DNA of 53,962 nucleotides, the filler included, from Jimgerdemannia flammicorona (Eukaryota), in the NCBI GenBank assembly GCA_003990765.1. It is 2 parts of 2 records of this genome, joined end to end, with 100 filler letters (N's around TTAATTAATTAA, not from the genome) between each part and the next. Parts side by side here need not be neighbours in the genome. Positions count along the whole stretch, not along the records: positions 1 to 26,931 come from RBNJ01000676.1; positions 27,032 to 53,962 come from RBNJ01000677.1. One strand, 5' to 3'. This document shows, one piece after another, positions 23,376 through 34,392 of the stretch. The translations under genes were made by a program, and so were the position numbers. The stretch's first letter is position 1, and every line of letters begins with the position of its first letter. The notes under the pieces are model-generated. The model was not told the origin of the DNA. It did no database searches and saw nothing but the letters and a program-made list of their open reading frames with translations.

Positions 23376-26300
23376 TTCTAGTGTACAGGGTGCAGCAGGA
23401 GTCTAGTTACAGCATACAACAAGTCTCATCTGTTTCGGTGGAGTTTTTGTCAGATGGCAACCCAGGGTTCTTTAAGCTCTGAGTATTTGGAGAGAAGGAG
23501 GCCTGGTCTGAGTCTCCCTAAGAGTTTTGTGGTGATGGTTGGAGCTGGTGGAGGTGTAGGGGCTGGTGTAGGAGCTAGAGGAGCAGGTGGTCTGGAGAGG
23601 CAGACTAGCATTGAGAGTTGGCACATGGTGATGGGGGGCAGGAGAGCAGCTACTAGGCCCTTAGGGGTAGGGCAGGGGGGATATAGTGTTGACAGGAGTA
23701 GGGGGTCAGGTGACTGGCCAGGTGACTGGTCAGGTGACTGGTCAGGTGTCTGCCAGGGGCCAGGGGTCCGGAAGTGGTGTGGCTGAGACTGGTATTCCTG
23801 GGGCTGGGTCAGTGGCTGGAGTGACTACTGGAGTATCAGAGAATAAGAAGAAGGCGACGATGGCAGCAGGTTCTGGTGAACTGGTGGTGCGTCTCTTCTT
23901 CCACAAGTCAGTGTCAATGTGGGCCATTTCTGCGAATTTTCTGAGGCTGGGGATGTCTGCTAGAGAGGTTTTGCGGCTAGTGGGGGAGGAGATTGCAGGG
24001 GCAGAGTTATTGAAGTTCATCCCATTAGTAGAGGTGGTTGAGATAGGATTTGTTGAGGAGGAGGAGATAGTGAAGGCCCTGGAGAAAGGGCTGGTCATCA
24101 AGAGTATCAAGGTTGGCATAGTGAGGTACCTGAGGTGGGACCCATGGGCAGTATGTCTGGTGGTTGAAGGGCTGCTAACATTGGGGAGACAGGAGACCAA
24201 AGGAATGGTGGCAGAGGCGCTGGGGGTATTTGGCAAGATGGTTGACTTCAGATTCATGTTCTGGGAGGGGACCAAGCTGAGGAATGGCAATTGTAAGGTG
24301 ATGGTGAGACTGGAGGGCAAGGAGGCCACAGGGCAAGGGAGGGACTGGCCAGAAGTGATTCGTGTTAGAGGGCAGGAGTGTAAAGTGTGGAGAAGGAAGG
24401 GTTCTGAACAGAAAGAGGAGGAATTGCTAGTCACCCTTGAAGAGAGAGAGGCTGTGAAGGAATTGCAGAAGAGGAGATGAGAGGAGTTCGCCAAGGACTG
24501 GATTTGGATCCCGACAGATGGGAGGAGGAAGAGGTGGCAAAGGGCAAACTGAGAGTACCTGCAGATGGTCCTCTAGAGCTCAGAAAAGGAGGAAAAGGAA
24601 AGAGCAGAGTTGGCCAAAAATCAGATAAAAGAGATGGAGATGGCTGAGGTGTTCTTTTCACAACTAGGGGGAGTAGAGAACTCTACTTATACATCAGTAA
24701 AGGGAAGTAGACTGATAAGAAGGAGGTGAACATGGGGGGCTTTGAGGAGGTTATCAAGGTGGTACCAGAGACCCAGTTGGAGGATGTTCACATGGCTGGA
24801 GTGGCAAATGTTCATTGGGAATGCCCAGAAGCAGGCAAAGTAGTTTGGCTGGAGAAAGGCACTGAGGAGGATGACCTAGTGGATGTGGCTTCTGATGTGT
24901 CAGCAGATAGAGAGATGCTGCAAGAGCTGAGCAGGACCCCAAGGCCAGTCACTCCTGGGCCCATGGTAATGATGGCAGATGACTGGTATCAGGCAGTGCT
25001 CAAGGAACTTGCGGAGAAGGATATCAAGGAAGTGGATGTATTTAATGGATCGCAGGAGACCTGGAAAGGGTTTCTCAATGTAGCGTTACAGGAGCTGAAG
25101 TTGGTGACAGTGATAGTGGCAGCACTTCTGGATGATGAAGGTTATGAGATTGATGAGGACTATATGGCTGATATCAAGAAGGTGGCATCAGAGTGAGTGG
25201 ATGCCTTCTGCAGTAGTGTGAATGGAGCCCGCATCTGGAGGGCTATCTATGAGGAATGGAAGGCAATAATCTATGGTAGGGCCGAAAAGGTGGTGGCAGC
25301 TCCAGCTGAGCTTTAAACATTTATATTCATGATGATGAACAGTCTACGTATATTATCACTATGTAAATGTCAATAATTTACATGATGGAGTGAAGTGAAG
25401 GCATTTGTTTCGGTGGTTGAAGAACAGAAAGTATGATGTGGTATTTCTGCAGGACATTTGAGCCTATAGGGAGCAAGATTATGAGGAGTGGAGTAAGGAA
25501 TGGTATGGTAGTACAGGGTGGAATGAGCAGGTGGATATCTTGGTTGGCTTGGGGAGAGGAGAGCTGAAGGAGATTGAGATATATGGTGATCGATTGATCT
25601 GAGGGAGATTGAAAGGAGGAGCTGGCAATGGATTGGTAGTTGGCTCTATGTATATACCAGCAGTTGGCAGGGAGCGAAACCAATGGGTGGAAGGTTGGCT
25701 GGATTGGGGAGGCCGAGATGAGATTAGGCTGGACATTCTGGGAGGGGACTTCAATATGGTACATAATAGGACATTAGATAGGCCAGATGGTGGAGTCAGT
25801 GTGGCAGTATCCACTGGGCTCTCATGATGGCTTCGAGCTGAGAAGGAAATGAGATTGGTTGATGGAGTATGACAATGTCAAGGTGAGAAGCTAGGGCCAT
25901 TTACTAGGTAACATCCGATCAGTGAGAATTTGGTTGGGACAAGAATTGACTGGATCCTAGTAGCAGAATACTGGGGTAATATTTTGGATTTATCAGAGGT
26001 ATGGTGGTGTCCCTGGTCAGATCACTGGGGTGTGGAGGTGTGTGGGAGATTCCAGGCAGCCAGTGGCGGCAGAGGCAGATGGCAACTTAATGTGGTACTA
26101 CTCAAGAGACAGATGGAGCAGGAAAAGTTTGTTAAAATTGCAAGACAGGAAGTGGCATGGTGGAAGAACAGTGGCCAGTCAATAGCATAGTGGTGGGGGA
26201 AATTTAAACATCTAGTAGGTGCATACTGGCATGACATAGGAGAGGTAGCTGGAAGGGAGCAGAAGGATAGAGAAAGGAGAGTGGAGCAGGGGCTTTGCTG

Positions 26301-26634
26301 GCAGCTAAAACTTCTGGAAAAAGAAAACACCTCAGGGGAGCAATGCTCTCTATTGATTAAGGAGGTGGCAGAGTTGCAGTCAGATTTGAAGGCAGCAGAA
26401 GATAGGGTGGTGGATGGGTTGCTGGCAAGATTATGAGCAAAGCAGCTAGAAGAAGAGGAGTGACCCACCAAATACTTATTCAGAATCTTGAAGGCTAGGA
26501 GAGTGCGGCACAGCTGGGCTTCGATGTTGCAAGAGGATGGAACAGAGGTGACAGATATCACAGATATGCTTGGAGAGATCTCTGGTTGATGGTGCTCCCT
26601 ATGGCAGGATGATGGAGGGCTAGTAGAGAGAGAG
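23376..26634 (+). mobile_element. Degenerate non-LTR retrotransposon (LINE, L1/Tx1-like): ORF1 plus APE endonuclease, cut off before RT
   Basis: ORF1 remnants 23454-25315; ORF2 from ~25329 with RILSL..KYDVVFLQ, SMYIP, ILGGDFN, TRIDWILV, PWSDH, then RGRWQLNVVLL and E*PTKYLFR; many CGA->TGA stops; 12-bp tandem CAGGTGACTGGY at ~23708-23755. Confidence 0.85.
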
Positions 26635-26931
26635 TGTAAGCGCACAACCTCTAAGCCACCGAAATTATACGTCACCCTCTGAACAAGCCACTGAAATCAC
26701 ACGCAACCTCCGAACAAATCTAGAAATCACCTGCTTGATCATGAAGCTGAGTCAAACCGAAGTCACAGCGCACAAAGCTGAGTCAATATGAAGTCACGGA
26801 ACACAAGATCTACACAAACAGAACCTTACCAATCAGGACCAAATGCATATATACTGAGCACCGAGACGCGTCAAGTCAGAGAACCAAAACAAACAACAAC
26901 CACAACTTCCAAACACACAAACATGACCACT
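26635..26931. mobile_element. LTR-like insertion interrupting the LINE, running into the gap
   Basis: Abrupt switch from G-rich LINE sequence to C/A-rich sequence beginning TGTAAG; internal repeat AAGCTGAGTCAA..GAAGTCAC x2; CpGs retained. Confidence 0.5.
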
Positions 26932-27031
26932 NNNNNNNNNNNNNNNNNNNNNNNNNNNNNNNNNNNNNNNNNNNNTTAATTAATTAANNNNNNNNNNNNN
27001 NNNNNNNNNNNNNNNNNNNNNNNNNNNNNNN
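26932..27031. other. Assembly gap with artificial six-frame-stop linker
   Basis: 44 N + TTAATTAATTAA + 44 N, exactly 100 bp. Confidence 0.95.
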
Positions 27032-27276
27032 TTCTTGATATCATTAGAAAGGCCTTATTAAGGGCTTTCAAATGACACCAAGATCATCAAATTTGGATGA
27101 TTATTCATCAAGTTATTGATGTAAACATTTAATTGTCTAATTTGGAAATCAAAACAATGGTTGATTCGAATCCGATTCGAATCCAATTCGAATCCAATTC
27201 GAATCCATCCGGATGGGATTCGAATCCGATTCGAATCCATCCGAATCCCATCCGGATTGACTCGTTCGGAGCACTA
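27032..27276. mobile_element. One end of a hAT-type non-autonomous DNA transposon
   Basis: Ends in CGTTCGGAGCACTA (reverse complement TAGTGCTCCGAACG); subterminal array of GATTCGAATCC/AATTCGAATCC units at ~27163-27245; terminus shared with the MITE at 27958. Confidence 0.7.
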
Positions 27277-27825
27277 ACTATTATAATAACTCTGAATACT
27301 ATATAGCAGATAACTCTTATATATATACTTAAGTCTTCAAGACTTAGTAAAAGCTATATTTATAGTTATAAATTATATTAGAAATAATAATACTATAATA
27401 CTAATATATATATATAATGTCTAATTATATACTACTTATTATATTGGTAAAATTAAACAAATTCTTAAAGATCAACTAAATATAATTTATCAAAATGAGT
27501 GAGAATTCAAATATCTTCTATATTTGAATCCACTATTAGATAGTTTTTATAGATTATACATATAGATACTATTTAAGATCAAATAGTTAAAGTAAGCTTT
27601 ATAAAAGAAATTTATTCAGAAATAACTCTTGATAGCTAGCCTATTCTAATAGTTCTAAATTTACTATAAAAGGTAATATATATTCAATAATATTAAATAG
27701 CCAGATATCTATAGAACTATATAATAGAAAATATTACAGAGATTTTCTAAGTGTGATTGAGGGAGAGGTGCTTTTGTATTATTAGTATATTATAGATGAT
27801 TAGGTAATAAATTAGAAGTCTATGA

Positions 27826-27863
<38 letters not shown>

Positions 27864-27957
27864 AAGTTAGAATTGAGGTACTTAAAATTACTAGAATAAT
27901 TTTATCAACTCTTAGTAATTAAAATATATTATAATCTAAGACTGCAAAACAGTAAAG

Positions 27958-28326
27958 TAGTGCTCTCAATAAAATGAATTAAAGGTTCAATTTGATTTAA
28001 TAAAGGCTAATTTAATTCAAAATTTAATTTGAACTCTATTTTTAGAAATATAATAACTTAACAAATATATGTCCAAATTTAACAATTCTTAGCTTATTAA
28101 AATCCCCTATATAAGATAAATCTAATAAGCTAATAATTGTTAAATTTGGATATATTTTAGTCAAGTTATTATATTTTTAAGAATAGAAGTTAACTCAGAC
28201 CCTTGAATCAATTCGAATTAAATTAATTTGAAATTTATTTGAATTAAAAAATTCCCAATATGATTCAATTTGAATGAGTCTCAATTTAATTCAATTTAAA
28301 TTGATTTGATTTATTTAGGAGTACTA
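27958..28326. mobile_element. hAT-type MITE (369 bp) with 8-bp TSD
   Basis: Termini TAGTGCTC..GAGTACTA; flanks CAGTAAAG (27950-27957) and TAGTAAAG (28327-28334); long internal inverted repeat ~28030-28100 / 28115-28192. Confidence 0.8.
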
Positions 28327-28987
28327 TAGTAAAGTATATAATAGTAATCTAATAAAGAAACCTATCAAGAAGTTTTCTAAAATAACTATATATATATTTA
28401 ATAAATATAATAAAGAAAATCTGAAAAGAAAATTATTATCTAGGTAAAATGTTTACTATTTTAAATAATAAGAAGAGAGATATCTGCTTAATTATAGAGA
28501 AGAAGAATACTACTTATATAAATATATAAATAAAATTAAGTAAAAGACTCAACTAAGCAATACTATTAAAAATAAGAATAGATAAATATATAATTAAAGA
28601 TACTGATAAAGAGTAAAAATAGAAAAACATCTATTTTATATAAATATATAAAAAGAATATTGGAAATGAACTATATATGACACTAATTAAAAGATCTAAA
28701 AAGACTTAATTAAAAAAATTTATAGAAGATAACTAGGAGTAGTAAAATCAGATTAAAGAAGATTGATAAGAATATGAAGCTCAATTAGTAGTTAAAGATA
28801 TTATTAAAATGTAACTTTTCTAGTAAAGAAATAAAGAAGAAAAAGTTATTTAAGAGTAAGATTCTTAAATATATATAATATCTTTAAGAATCTCAGTCAA
28901 TAGAAAGTTAATATATATAATCTTTAGACAGTTAATAGCAATTTCTATCTTTAGATAGTAAATAAAAGTTAGACTATATAAAACTAC

Positions 28988-30288
28988 TATGATAAACCAA
29001 AACATACCACCCAGATTATAACTTAGCCAGATGATATGAACACATAGCATAGTAACTGACAACTATTGCTATGGAAAGCTATGTAAATAGCCAGACTACC
29101 AGATAAGGTATACCTGTGCAAGATCTGCACACCTGTGCAAGACCTGCACACCTGTGCAAGATCTGCACACTTGCCATAGATAGCAATCTATAATTAGCAA
29201 TGTAGTAACCAGATAGTAATAATAACTATATAAATTACCCCAGAGACAAGAGTGAATAAACCTCAGTCTGAAAGTCCAAATTCAAAGCAAAAGACAAGTC
29301 TACCTATTACACTTCGAGGGATATGCCTGCCAAAAGCCACTTGATCCAGGAAGGATTGCAATACTTAGGAGAAACACCTGCTCTATAGCCACTGCTAGGA
29401 GATTGTGAGCATTGGTTCCCCTTTCCACTCCAGTCCACTTTCCGATACAAAGAATGAGTCCATTTTTGGTTTGCTTGCCAGATAAGCCTGAAGAATTCGA
29501 GTTTGCTGCCAAGTTCAAGGAAGAACTTTACTGCCATCTTCAAGAAGAAGCCCGCTGATTCAAGAAGAGTCTGTGCCATCTGAGCTATTTCCCAGAGAGC
29601 TGCCAATTCAGAAAAATCCACATCATCCACCATTTTCAAGTTATCTGCATTCTCAGTTGAAGCCCGCCAATTCAGGAAGAATCTGCACCACCTGAGTTAT
29701 TATTTCCAGAAGAGCCCGATTTGCACCATCTGAGTCTCCATGACATCCGAGTTGTTTGTTCCCAGCGAGCCCAAGTTATCAAGTCATCCACTGCCAGTAC
29801 AATTCTAAGTGACATTCAAGAACCCCGCTGATTTAGGAAAATCTGCACCAAATTGAGTTATCCACCAGATTACCAGATCGCACCGCATAAGGAATCCACT
29901 GCACTACACAAGAGATCGTCACCCAGAAATCACATACTTTTGGAGACTGTCGCACTATACAGAGATCGCCCATCACTCAAGAAGGAGAACTGCTAAATTT
30001 CTAGACCATCACATACAGAGATCATTGCACTACACATGAAATTCTATCAATTCCCAGTTGACCCAAGAAGGAAAAGACATACAAATCACCACTACACCCA
30101 GAGAACCATCCAAATAAGGAAACTGCTCACAGATATCCAGTTTTGACTATTATACCATTAAACACCAACAAGGACCTCAGGAATCTTAGAACATTTTGTT
30201 GCTTTTTGACAAAGTAACTGGGGGTTCAAGCCAAACTATACCAACCCCCAATCTTGTAATTTGCCTCTATTGAGCCAGGCACATTACA
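28988..30288 (+). repeat. 5' LTR of the Gypsy element
   Basis: Aligns with 37812-39149; ends ..GCACATTACA; internal 19-bp tandem ACCTGTGCAAGAYCTGCAC x3 and ~58-bp repeats. Confidence 0.88.
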
Positions 30289-30290
30289 TT

Positions 30291-30308
30291 TGGGGGCTCA
30301 ACTGAGAA
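30291..30308 (+). promoter_or_regulatory. Primer binding site, tRNA-Pro type
   Basis: TGGGGGCTCAACTGAGAA just after the LTR resembles the canonical tRNA-Pro PBS TGGGGGCTCGTCCGGGA, mostly via transitions. Confidence 0.65.
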
Positions 30309-33300
30309 GATCTCAAAATCAAAGTGACTTTTCAGCTCACAAAAACCCACAGTCAAACTGGATATATTTGATACAACACTAATCTCTGCTACTACAGGAG
30401 AACTAGTTATCACCTGCATCTGGACAAGAAGAGAAGTAATCACATCAAGACTTGCCAACTACCCAGTATCAGAAGGATCCCAACCAGAGCCAGAAGGCAG
30501 TACAGCCTGAAATCCCCAACCAGATCAACTAGACAATATATGTGGCCCTGTTGGAGATTTTGAAGAACTTGCATAAGAACTAGAAGATCTTATTACACAA
30601 GCCTGAGATCTTACAGCCAGACACCCCATACCAGTCCCATCAATATCACCAATAGAACTCTTACCACAAGCCCTTGCAGAGTTGGAAGTAGCTCTTACAA
30701 GAATATCTAGGCTCATTCCACTTCATCTAAGGTCCAGAACACCATCCTCAGAATACCCAAGTACCTCCATCTCCAGAGATAGCTCAGAAAGTAAATCAGA
30801 ATCAGAACCTAAACCAGAACCAGAATCAGAAGAAAGTAATGATGAAATGGCCATCTCATTGCCAACCTTGCAGAATATCCAGAGGAAGATCCCAGAGAAT
30901 TTCTTGATGGAATTGAAGGAATTGCAGCCCTGAGAAATCTCTCAGATGAAAGAAAAATTGCCATCTACAAGGCTCAGCTCAGAGAACCAGTCAGAGGAAT
31001 TTTCCACTGAACAGCAGATGACTCAGATTCAGAACTAGTAAGACAGATATAAGCAGCAATGTCTTATGAGCTAGAATATGTGGCCATGGTCCACTGGCTC
31101 ATTGAAAAGTATGCAGGAAATGAAACCCACTATAAAGCTCAAGAATACATTATGGGGATGAAGATGAATCTTGGAGAATTGCCCAGAGCCTTCTTCACAA
31201 GAATCCAGAAGAGAATACATACTGCTGGGTTCAATGCCACCAACCAGGACATCATAGGTCCAATGACCTTCATGAATGGAATTCCTCTGAACATTGCCCA
31301 GCATGTCTGCACCCTAGGCATCAGAAGGTCTGAAGAGCAAGTAGATGCAGCCCAAGGATTCTTTGATGTCAGGCAAGGAACTATCTGGAGTAATCATGAC
31401 AAGAAAGAAGATAAAGAAGACATCCTGGTCAAAGCCCTACAAGGACTCCTTCAAGGAAAGATTCAAAGAAAGAAGGCCAGCCAAAGAAGGAAAAAAGGAC
31501 AGAAGCGAAATACAAGACCTCAGCTCCAAGTTGGACTGATTGGTTGGGCAGATTGAAAAACTCACCAAATATGAAAATCAGAGCTACCAAGACAACAGAG
31601 GATACCTGCCACAGAGGAGTCAGGGTTATCTACCAAGAGATAATAGGAGCTACCAGCAAGAGGAAAGAAGGTACACTGTCTGAGACAGACACTATGCTAC
31701 CAAATGTGACAATAAAAGAAGTGACCGAAGAGACTCAGAAACACCAAATCAAAGAAATGACACTCAGTACAAGAAGACTGAAGTCCATCCTGTTGAAGAT
31801 TTCGAGAAAGTAAGCAACAGTGAAGACTACAGTGACCTAGACTTGTACTCTACCAAGGTTACTGCTCGGAAAACAGTCTATCCAGTAGAGAAAAGGAAGA
31901 GACCTGTAGGAAGACCATCCAGGAATATCAGCAGAAAAATCACCCAAGAGGAAGATGAAGAACATGAAGAGGAACAAGTAGAAACACCTCCCTGGACTCC
32001 TTCACCTTTTGTTCCTGAGACAAATGAGCTACCACCAGAGGATGAGGCAATGAAATAAGAAGAATGGGAACCTGCTGCTTCAAAGCCCAAGAAGAAGTAC
32101 ATCCCAAAGACCATATTTAGAGGCATCTACAATGAAGCCTGGCAGAAGATTCAAGAGGTCAAGATGGAAGTCCCTCTCCTGCAGTTCCTGCAACTGATAC
32201 CAGCTGGAGTCCAAAACAAATTGCTGAGAACTACCAGGTCCAGTACTGGTTGAGTCCCAATCCCACAGCAAGAACCAGCTCCCATCTCTGTCCAAGCAGC
32301 TGAAAGATATGTCATCATCTACCTATATGGAGACATTGGAGGATAAAAGGCAAAAATCCTCATAAACAAAGGAGCAGCTGTCTGTGTCATTGCCAAATGG
32401 TTCCTAGACACCCTCCAATGGCCCATTGATGGACCATCCAACCTCAGCATCATAGTAGCAGATAGAGCCCGAAATCAATCCCTTGGAGAAGTATGAAACA
32501 TCACCATTTCCCTTGGACACATTCAGTTCTCTATCTCAAAAGCTGTTGTCACTGAAGCTGTCACCTATGACATAATTTTTAGCATCAACTAAATAAAGGA
32601 AATGAATGCAGTTGTTAATATCAGCCAACAAGTACTCAAGTTTGACTACTGAGGCAAGAAGTACAGAGTTAAGGTGATCAGCTACAAACAATCAATTAAG
32701 AAGAAGGTTACTATTCAGGAAGAATATGCCAGCAGCAAAGAGTCTACCACAGAGGAGGAAGAAGAATCTGAAGACAGAAATGATCCCAGACTCAATCCCT
32801 GAATTAACCTAGTGGATGACAGACCAGAAGACAATGTATGGGCCAAGAACACTGTCCCCATTACCATTGGAGCCATTGCAGGAGAGATCAAAGGATGCCC
32901 CACTTGCCTCAAGAGACACAAGTGTCCTGAGCACTCCTCCAAGATCATTGGGATAAGAAATTCGCCCAACACAGCCTGCCCTGAGTGCAGAAGGAAGAAG
33001 AAGAAATACAGACATATTCCAGAAATACCTGCAGCTGAAGCTGCAGAAGTATAAGCAATTTGGGGCCAAGAATCATCCAAGGAAGAAGAAGTTCCTCACC
33101 AAGAAGTCCCTGATGAAGAAGTTTTTGAACAAGAAGCACCTGAAGAAGAAGAGGTCCCCAAACTCATTCTCTGAAATGACTCTCACTGAACACCATCTGA
33201 AGACAATAACTCTTGGAATATAGATGAAGGACCCAGCACAATCTCCATTATTCCTAAGAAAGAAACCTACCAAAAAAGAGCTTTTTAGCTAGAAAGATAT

Positions 33301-33984
33301 CTATATCAAATTGTCTTCTATTCTCTCAGAGACTACTGCTATCAGTGCCATCTACTAGACCAGCAAGAAAGACAGAGACCCCAAAGACCAGAACCCTCAA
33401 CTACAGTTATACAGTCAACTATCTTTCAAGAAGATACTACAAAATTATAAAGCTGATATAGAGGACAAGGCTTCTTCACCCAAACAGAGATATACTCCTT
33501 ATCTACCCTTCCTCCAACTTATGATCAAGATGGATACCAATTCCTAAGACAAAAGAAGATCAACAACCAGGAATATCATTTTCAAGTAATGGGGTATTGT
33601 AACCATGGAAGACATTTAGACTGCTAAGATTGTAGACATCAGAAGATTTACTTCAGTCATGATGTTGCAATCCATATCTTGAAGAGAGGAGACAACAGAA
33701 ACTAGATCCAAAAAAGCCAGACCAGGAAGCCAGGAAGAAGAACCCTCAAGATCTATAATTTGGGAGAAGATATCCTAGCTCTCATCAGACATGCAACCCA
33801 ACAAGAATGAGTAGAAGATGCCACCAACTTCATGGAAACCCTAGACCCAACAGAAAGAGGAGGAATTAACTACCTCTGAGATCCCTCCACTGGAGCCAGA
33901 TGGCCACACCTCAACCTCAGAGCTTAGAGGCTCTTTGCTAGTGAAGCTTCAGCCTTAGATCAGCCCGAACTCAGCAAGGATATT

Positions 33985-34392
33985 GTCAAGTATTCCCTAC
34001 TGCATCCCAAGGCCAAACTCTCAACCAAAGCTCACCCAGAGGATATAGGATATGATCTTCATAGTTTGGAGGATGAATTCATCAAGCCCAGAAAAACATT
34101 CATAGTCAGAACAGAACTAGCCATGCAGCCACCCCAAGGAGCTTATATCCAACTAACCTCAAGGTCTGGACTTATCAGATAAGGAATAACTGTAGAAGGA
34201 GGAACCATTGACCCAGGATATACAGGCGAAATCAAGGTTATTCTACACAATAGTATCACAGAATGGCACTGAATCATTAGAGGACAGAAGATTGTCCAAG
34301 CAGTCTTCATGAAGGTCAAGACCTCACAACTATTAGAAGTCTCTGAACTGACTGAAGAAACAAGATAAGGCAAAGGATTTGAAAGTTCAGAC
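33985..34392 (+). pseudogene. dUTPase domain within Gypsy pol (3 in-frame stops)
   Basis: All five trimeric dUTPase motifs visible: IGYDL, TSRSGL, GGTIDPGYTGEI, GQKIVQ, R*GKGFESS; same frame as the upstream protease. Confidence 0.92.

Noticed and set aside
23742..24494. 250-aa Ser/Thr-rich minus-strand ORF
   Set aside because: Antisense shadow of the G-rich LINE ORF1
26976..26987. Palindromic TTAATTAATTAA inside the N run
   Set aside because: Symmetric 44N-12-44N layout with stops in all six frames is a scaffolding linker, not biology
27163..27245. GATTCGAATCC array as CRISPR or tRNA B-box cluster
   Set aside because: No unique spacers, no cas genes, no cloverleaf; lies beside a transposon terminus
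28335..28987. AT-rich stretch that might continue the older Gypsy (RT/RNase H linker) left of the dUTPase element
   Set aside because: Too degenerate to assign, and no TSD links it to position 39150
33985..34392. dUTPase as a counter-defence against the observed C->T hypermutation
   Set aside because: dUTPase sanitises the nucleotide pool and cannot prevent deamination of C or 5mC in DNA; both dUTPase-bearing elements are heavily mutated
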